In this document: positions 53,095-57,567 of the stretch, in pieces
Numbering within the stretch: the first letter of the stretch is position 1
How the letters are laid out: every line of letters begins with the position of its first letter
From: Pseudomonas phage vB_Pae-SS2019XI
DNA length: 57,567 bases
Sequence record: MN536026.1
Strand: one strand, 5' to 3'
Made by a program: the position numbers and the translations under genes
The notes under the pieces: generated by a model
What the model was told of the DNA's origin: nothing
What the model saw: only the letters and a program-made list of their open reading frames with translations
The model's database searches: none

Positions 53095-54787
53095 GTGGAT
53101 ACAAGCTGCTTTCGCCAACTGCGAACGGGACCGGGACTCCCTGCACGACTACCAAGAGCACGCCGTCGAGTTCCTCAAGCTCAACCCCTTCAGCGCTTTG
53201 TTCATCGACCTGGGTCTCGGGAAGACGGTTATTTCGCTCACAACTGTGTTGGACCTTGTCTGCGCGCTTGAAACGGATTGCACCCTGGTCATTGGACCCT
53301 TGAGGGTCGTGAACGAGACTTGGCCCACTGAGATTGGGCTGTGGCGCCATACCTCCGCCTTGTCGATGCACCGTATTCGAGAGGAACCCTTGGTGGAACA
53401 TGTCAGGGCGGCTGGCGCGAAGGCCAGGGCGCTCATCAAGGAGCAAGGATCTTCTTCGGAAGAAGTCAGGGCATTCCTCATTCGTCACCGCACCCTTGAA
53501 CTGCGTCGAAGAGCGAAGAACTTAGGCTACAGCAGAGGCGACATCAGAAAGTACGCCCTGGCGCGGATCGGGGAGGCAATGCTCAAGCCGGTGTCTGAGC
53601 AAGAGAAGAAGCTTTTCGTCGTAGCAGCCCGCCAGAAAGCGGCAGCAGAAGCGGTACGGGAGCAGAAGCGCCTTAACCCGGCGAGCATCTACATCATCAA
53701 CCGTGAACAGGTGGAGTTCCTGGTGAATGCTTGGGGCAAAGACTGGCCTTACGACACCGTAGTAGTGGATGAGTCGAGCAGCTTGAAGGATCACCGGACT
53801 AACCGCTGGAAGGCCCTACGTAAGGTTCGGCCGTTCATCAAGCGCATGCACCAACTGACGGCGACACCTGCCGCAGAGAGCTATCTACACCTATTCGGGC
53901 AAATTGGTTTGCTTGATCTCGGTGAGCGCCTCGGCAGAACTTACACCGAGTTCACCGAAAAGTACTTTAAACACAACAAGTACGACTACAGCTATAAGCT
54001 GCTCCCCGGCGCGGCCGAGGAGATCGCCAGGGCGATTTCCGATATCTGCTTAACCATGAAGGCTGAGGACTACCTATCGCTCGAAAAGCCAGTATTCGAA
54101 GTTCGCAGGATCGATCTGCCGGAAAATGCAGCTGCTATCTATCGTTCAATGGAGCAGGACTCTATCGTGGAGCTGGAAGAGCGGGAGATCACGGCAGACA
54201 CCGCCGCGGCTCTGTCCAGCAAGCTCTTGCAGATCGCATCGGGTGTACTGTACGAAACCTTCTTACTCGAAGACGCCGATACCCACGACTTCAACAAGGT
54301 CAAGCGTGTTCACCAGGTGCATGACAAGAAGGTCGAAGATCTGAAAGACCTGGTCGCAGAACTCGGCGAAGAGAGCGTCCTCGTGTCATACCACTTCAAG
54401 GCGTCACTTGACCGTCTGCGGAAAGCCTTCCCCCACGCCGTGGTCATGGATAAGGAAGGGGCGTGCGTGAAGAGGTGGAATGATGGCAAGATCAAAATGC
54501 TGTTGGTCCACCCGCAAAGCGCTGGGCATGGGCTTAACCTCCAGAGGGGAGGGCGGCACATAGCTTTCTTCGACATCCCCTGGTCGCTCGAACTCTACCT
54601 TCAGTTGATCGGACGACTGGCGAGGCAGGGACAGAAGTATGTCGTCTACGTGCACCATCTCGTAGCGAAAGGGACGCTAGACGAGGCGGTTATGCAGTGT
54701 TTGCTGGAAAAGCGCAACGGCCAGGAGGAGTTGTTCAAAATGCTCAAAGCCCTTCGGCGTCGGTCCAGAATCCACAAAAAGTTGTAA
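53078..54787 (+). CDS. SNF2-family helicase
   Basis: About 569 aa. DYQEHAV...LGLGKT motif I, DESSSL motif II, and C-terminal helicase motifs (QRGGRHIAFFD...GRLARQGQ). The start could instead be ATG 53036. Confidence 0.8.
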   Translation: MTSWHEWIQAAFANCERDRDSLHDYQEHAVEFLKLNPFSALFIDLGLGKTVISLTTVLDLVCALETDCTLVIGPLRVVNETWPTEIGLWRHTSALSMHRIREEPLVEHVRAAGAKARALIKEQGSSSEEVRAFLIRHRTLELRRRAKNLGYSRGDIRKYALARIGEAMLKPVSEQEKKLFVVAARQKAAAEAVREQKRLNPASIYIINREQVEFLVNAWGKDWPYDTVVVDESSSLKDHRTNRWKALRKVRPFIKRMHQLTATPAAESYLHLFGQIGLLDLGERLGRTYTEFTEKYFKHNKYDYSYKLLPGAAEEIARAISDICLTMKAEDYLSLEKPVFEVRRIDLPENAAAIYRSMEQDSIVELEEREITADTAAALSSKLLQIASGVLYETFLLEDADTHDFNKVKRVHQVHDKKVEDLKDLVAELGEESVLVSYHFKASLDRLRKAFPHAVVMDKEGACVKRWNDGKIKMLLVHPQSAGHGLNLQRGGRHIAFFDIPWSLELYLQLIGRLARQGQKYVVYVHHLVAKGTLDEAVMQCLLEKRNGQEELFKMLKALRRRSRIHKKL

Positions 54788-54851
54788 ATTCCCCTTGTTA
54801 TTGATCCCGCATGCCTTAGAATGCCAGAAAACCACCAACGAGGAGGTCGGT

Positions 54852-55517
54852 GTGGATACTACTTTCAGGGCACGTCTTGATCAGGCGTGCGACGACTCGC
54901 CGAGCGTCCCCGAGAAAGGTAAGGGGCGGCAGGTCGTGATCGCGAACGCGATCAATGTGACGCAGGAGGCCGTTCGCAAATGGTTTGCGGGCGAGTCGAC
55001 TCCGCGACCGAGCAAAATGCGTGAGCTGGCCAAGTTCCTTGAAGTCGATGAAGGCTGGCTGGCACTGGGAATCAAGCCGGAGCTTGACCGCAAAGAGAAG
55101 CGTCGCGCCGCGATGAACCGTGATGGCGCAGTCTACCTGGTGGCAGGCCTCATCCTTCTTGAGGGCGGAAGTTGCGCGTTCCCTGCGGAGAATGATAAAC
55201 GCGGGTCCTGGGTCGACCTGTACTCGATCATCCGCGGGCAGCAGGTCGCGCTTCACATCAGCTTGGCGCGGGCAGTATCAGACAACTTATTTGAAGTTAT
55301 CGTCCCTCGCCAGTATGACGATGTCACCTGCATAGCCGTTATCCCGATTGGCGTGGGTGAGTTCAAGTTCATTCAACTGCCGGCAGAACAGATAGAGCAG
55401 CTTAAAACCAAGAAGGCGGGTGACTTCGCACTCACCATCGAGCGGGCCGGCACGAAGTTCCTTTCCAATGGCCATCCGTGGCCGCGATTCAAGACATTCG
55501 GAGAGATCCATGGCTAA
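54852..55517 (+). CDS. HTH (Cro/CI-type) regulator with non-peptidase C-terminal domain
   Basis: 221 aa from GTG 54852 (AGGAGG 5 nt upstream; the table start is a TTG). HTH RQVVIANAINVTQEAVRKWF. No S24 Ser/Lys dyad is recognisable. Confidence 0.45.
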   Translation: MDTTFRARLDQACDDSPSVPEKGKGRQVVIANAINVTQEAVRKWFAGESTPRPSKMRELAKFLEVDEGWLALGIKPELDRKEKRRAAMNRDGAVYLVAGLILLEGGSCAFPAENDKRGSWVDLYSIIRGQQVALHISLARAVSDNLFEVIVPRQYDDVTCIAVIPIGVGEFKFIQLPAEQIEQLKTKKAGDFALTIERAGTKFLSNGHPWPRFKTFGEIHG

Positions 55518-55740
55518 CACACTCGAAACCTCTGACCTGGAAACCCCTTGGGTGCTGCTGAAAGACGTTTGCCACTGCTACGGGGTGAACTTCGAAAGCG
55601 CGAAGAATAAAGTCGCTTTGGGGACCTTCGAAGTCCCCACTTACAAAGTAGGCCGGCAAATCGTTATCGCAAAAGAAGTTCATCGGGAGCACTTCCGCCG
55701 CAAAGCGGAGGAAGGTTTGCGGGCCTTAAAATCAACTTAG
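55510..55740 (+). CDS. PrtN-like (pyocin activator family) DNA-binding protein
   Basis: 76 aa; KDVCHCYGVNFESAKNKVALGTFEVPTYKVGRQIVIAKEV matches the PrtN/AlpA-like pattern. Confidence 0.5.
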   Translation: MANTLETSDLETPWVLLKDVCHCYGVNFESAKNKVALGTFEVPTYKVGRQIVIAKEVHREHFRRKAEEGLRALKST

Positions 55741-55806
55741 TGTTGTAACTGTAATCGAAAGTTGATTTTATCTGTTGGGATATCAGTCTGCTGCGAGGGT
55801 TTTAGA

Positions 55807-55983
55807 ATGAGCATCGAAGAATACTTGAAGAGCTGCCTAGAGGACGGGCTGGACACGCATCGGTTGAGGGTCTCTCTCACCGTTGACGGCAAGGTCCAGT
55901 TCTATATCCATCCGGAGGGCGAAGAAGAGGAGGCCGTAGATTTCGAGGTCGACGGCAGCACGTTGATCCATGTGACGGATTAG
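55807..55983 (+). CDS. hypothetical small acidic protein
   Basis: 58 aa from ATG 55807, followed by a strong terminator. Confidence 0.3.
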   Translation: MSIEEYLKSCLEDGLDTHRLRVSLTVDGKVQFYIHPEGEEEEAVDFEVDGSTLIHVTD

Positions 55984-56000
55984 CTCATGGGGCGAAAGCA

Positions 56001-56032
56001 AAAACCCGCTTACTCGGCGGGTTTTTTGTTTT
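56001..56032. terminator. bidirectional rho-independent terminator
   Basis: AAAACCCGC-ttactcg-GCGGGTTTT followed by TTTGTTTT on the plus strand; the minus-strand reading also gives a hairpin plus U tract. Overlaps the integrase stop. Confidence 0.7.
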
Positions 56033-57044
56033 CGAGAGGTGCCCTCGACACGGGCCCCGCGTGCAGGCTTTCAGCTTTGAGGTTGGTGTACCGTCGCAAC
56101 TGGTTCCAGTCTTTGTGGCCGGACACCAGAGCGACCTCCTGAATCGCGTAGCCCTGCTCAAATAACAAGCTGATCCCGTGGTGACGGAGATCGTGAAAGT
56201 GCAAGTCTTCTACCTCAGCACGCTTGCACGCCTTACGGAACGCAGCCTCTACAGAGCGCGGGTTGAACGGGAAAATCCTATCGTCCCCCTCGACGGCGAC
56301 CTGGCGTTTGGCAATATCGAATGCGCCGTTGAGCAGCGGCACCTCTTGATCGTTTCCAATCTTCTCGGTAGGGTGCTTGCGGTCCCGAACTATCACAGTT
56401 CGCTTTTTTTCGTCCAGATCCGATCTTGTGATTCGGGTTATCTCGCTTGACCTCATAGCGGACGCAACAGCGAAGTCGATAAGGTCTCCCATTGGGAGGC
56501 TGCTGATGATCTCCGCCTTGATTCGGTCAAGGTCGCCGGCTTCGGGCCGCCGGTCGCGTTCTTGGCTTCGCCCGACCATACCAAGCCTACGCAAAGCGGT
56601 TCGGCCTTTTGCAAACTCAGCCCACGGTACGGTGATACCCCAAAATGCTTCAGCAGTCCTGAGCACCGAGCTGATCATCGACACGTCTATCGCGAGAGTC
56701 CCCCGCGAGACGCCTTGCCTCTTGGTTTGAACCCATTTGAGGAGGCCAGGGGCAGATAGGTGCTCCAGGTACAGGCCGCGAGTAACCTTGGCAAGAGCTT
56801 TGTAATTGCGTTGGTTCTGTCGGCGCCCTGGGCGCAGCGGTTCGATTTCCTCAAGGTACTTTTCAATCAGCTTCGAGATCTCGACGTTGGAACTGGCCAG
56901 CTCCTGTTTCTCCATCGCGAGTTCGATCTCTTTGACCCACTGGCTGGCTTGAGCCTTCTTAGACCAGACCTTCGTTTTCGTCGGGTAACCTTTCTTTCGA
57001 ACGACCGCCCGCCACTTGTCCCCGTGACGGATGATGCTGCCCAT
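56010..57044 (-). CDS. int: tyrosine integrase
   Basis: 344 aa; catalytic-region pattern R...HDLRHHGISLL...GH...LRRYTNL with a C-terminal Tyr. Confidence 0.9.
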   Translation of the reverse strand: MGSIIRHGDKWRAVVRKKGYPTKTKVWSKKAQASQWVKEIELAMEKQELASSNVEISKLIEKYLEEIEPLRPGRRQNQRNYKALAKVTRGLYLEHLSAPGLLKWVQTKRQGVSRGTLAIDVSMISSVLRTAEAFWGITVPWAEFAKGRTALRRLGMVGRSQERDRRPEAGDLDRIKAEIISSLPMGDLIDFAVASAMRSSEITRITRSDLDEKKRTVIVRDRKHPTEKIGNDQEVPLLNGAFDIAKRQVAVEGDDRIFPFNPRSVEAAFRKACKRAEVEDLHFHDLRHHGISLLFEQGYAIQEVALVSGHKDWNQLRRYTNLKAESLHAGPVSRAPLENKKPAE

Positions 57045-57064
57045 GCTTCCTCCTTGTAACAGAT

Positions 57065-57291
57065 ACGTGTAACACCCGCAGAATTGTAGAGAATGCCAGA
57101 GCCTGATTCTACGGGCTTTTGACGGGCACTCTCGGGCATTCTAAGTCATTGAAAACTATAGATCTGTCCTATGCGCAATTGGAAGCTCTGGATTTTCTAT
57201 TGAAAAAATATATATAAATCAAATAGATAAACCAGAAAAAATCCTATGTAACGCATCGTGTAACACACGTTCGGGCACGCTCAGGCATTCT
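57065..57291. repeat. integrase-proximal repeats (candidate arm-type Int sites in an attP/attL region)
   Basis: CGTGTAACAC at 57066-57075 and 57257-57266. GGGCAC(T/G)CTC(G/A)GGCATTCT at 57124-57142 and 57273-57291. Inverted GAGAATGCCAGAGCC at 57089-57103. An AT-rich tract at 57180-57240 sits between them. Confidence 0.45.
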
Positions 57292-57353
57292 CAACGATTG
57301 AGATCGCATGTGCATCGCGCATATCTTCACTGCATCTATGCGCGGAGAGCCCG

Positions 57354-57567
57354 GTGAAAGCGACCAATCGCCTACTGGCTGATTTCGAAAAGCACACTCG
57401 CTTGGGGCCTACGTTCGCCGCCGAGCTGCTCGGTGTCGCCTATTCGACGTACAACCAGTACCGCAATTTCAGTCGAGCTACCCCAAAGTACCTCCAGCGC
57501 CATATCCAGGCCGTCCAGCTACTGCCGGAGTCGGCTCTCCAATCTTTGATAAAGGAGCATGTGCGCG
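57354..57567 (+). CDS. partial CDS (3' truncated by window), possible HTH protein
   Basis: GTG 57354 open to the window end; ELLGVAYSTYNQY resembles an HTH; may be phage or flanking host. Confidence 0.25.
   Translation, partial: MKATNRLLADFEKHTRLGPTFAAELLGVAYSTYNQYRNFSRATPKYLQRHIQAVQLLPESALQSLIKEHVR

Noticed and set aside
57045-57353. tRNA gene at the integration site (also examined 44470..45284)
   Set aside because: No cloverleaf-compatible stems or a T-loop GTTCNANNC-like box were found by eye. This cannot be excluded without running tRNAscan.

Overview
This window is a high-GC (about 63%) temperate siphovirus-type phage genome or prophage, laid out from the terminase genes on the left to a tyrosine integrase and att-proximal repeats on the right. 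The module content resembles lambda-like head and tail-shaft genes joined to a YuA/M6-type replication module, as found in Pseudomonas-type hosts; this is an inference from gene content, since no database search was possible. The five parts and the unexplained structure are as follows.

- **1-25853 (+ strand), late operon:** terminase small and large subunits, lambda-like head genes (W, portal B, S49 protease/scaffold C, decoration D, capsid E, FI/FII-like), Z/U-like tail completion genes, a V-like major tail protein, and the G/GT tail chaperone pair. A -1 frameshift in G/GT was verified by hand. After these come a 1415-aa tape measure and eight tail-tip/fibre genes, including a PA14-domain protein, then a lysis cassette of a holin-like protein, an endolysin-like protein and an overlapped Rz/Rz1 pair.
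- **26123-38969 (- strand), early/accessory genes:** about 27 genes, including a six-gene ATGA-coupled operon with a SLOG/DUF2493 protein, several Zn-ribbon proteins, an orphan C5 cytosine methyltransferase, RdgC, a ParB-like nuclease-domain protein and a MazG-like NTP pyrophosphohydrolase.
- **39007-39430, control region:** divergent sigma70 promoters flank a 4.5-copy iteron array.
- **39496-43472 (+ strand):** 13 small genes.
- **43630-57567, right arm:** a lipoprotein moron, an AT-rich repeat island, a leftward primase-helicase, a Cro-like regulator, a rightward replication operon (DUF2800 nuclease, DUF2815 SSB-like protein, PolA, VRR-NUC, SNF2 helicase), a PrtR/PrtN-like regulator pair, and the integrase.

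The most unusual features, none explained by the gene calls:

- an acidic C-terminal tail ending in [DE][DE]DL, shared by 9-10 DNA-metabolism proteins;
- a start-associated CAAC-N5-GTTG palindrome in at least 14 copies, sometimes conserved through coding sequence;
- CACA-N7-TGTG operator-like sites inside promoters;
- the iteron array and the AT-rich CCGGGAC-repeat island.
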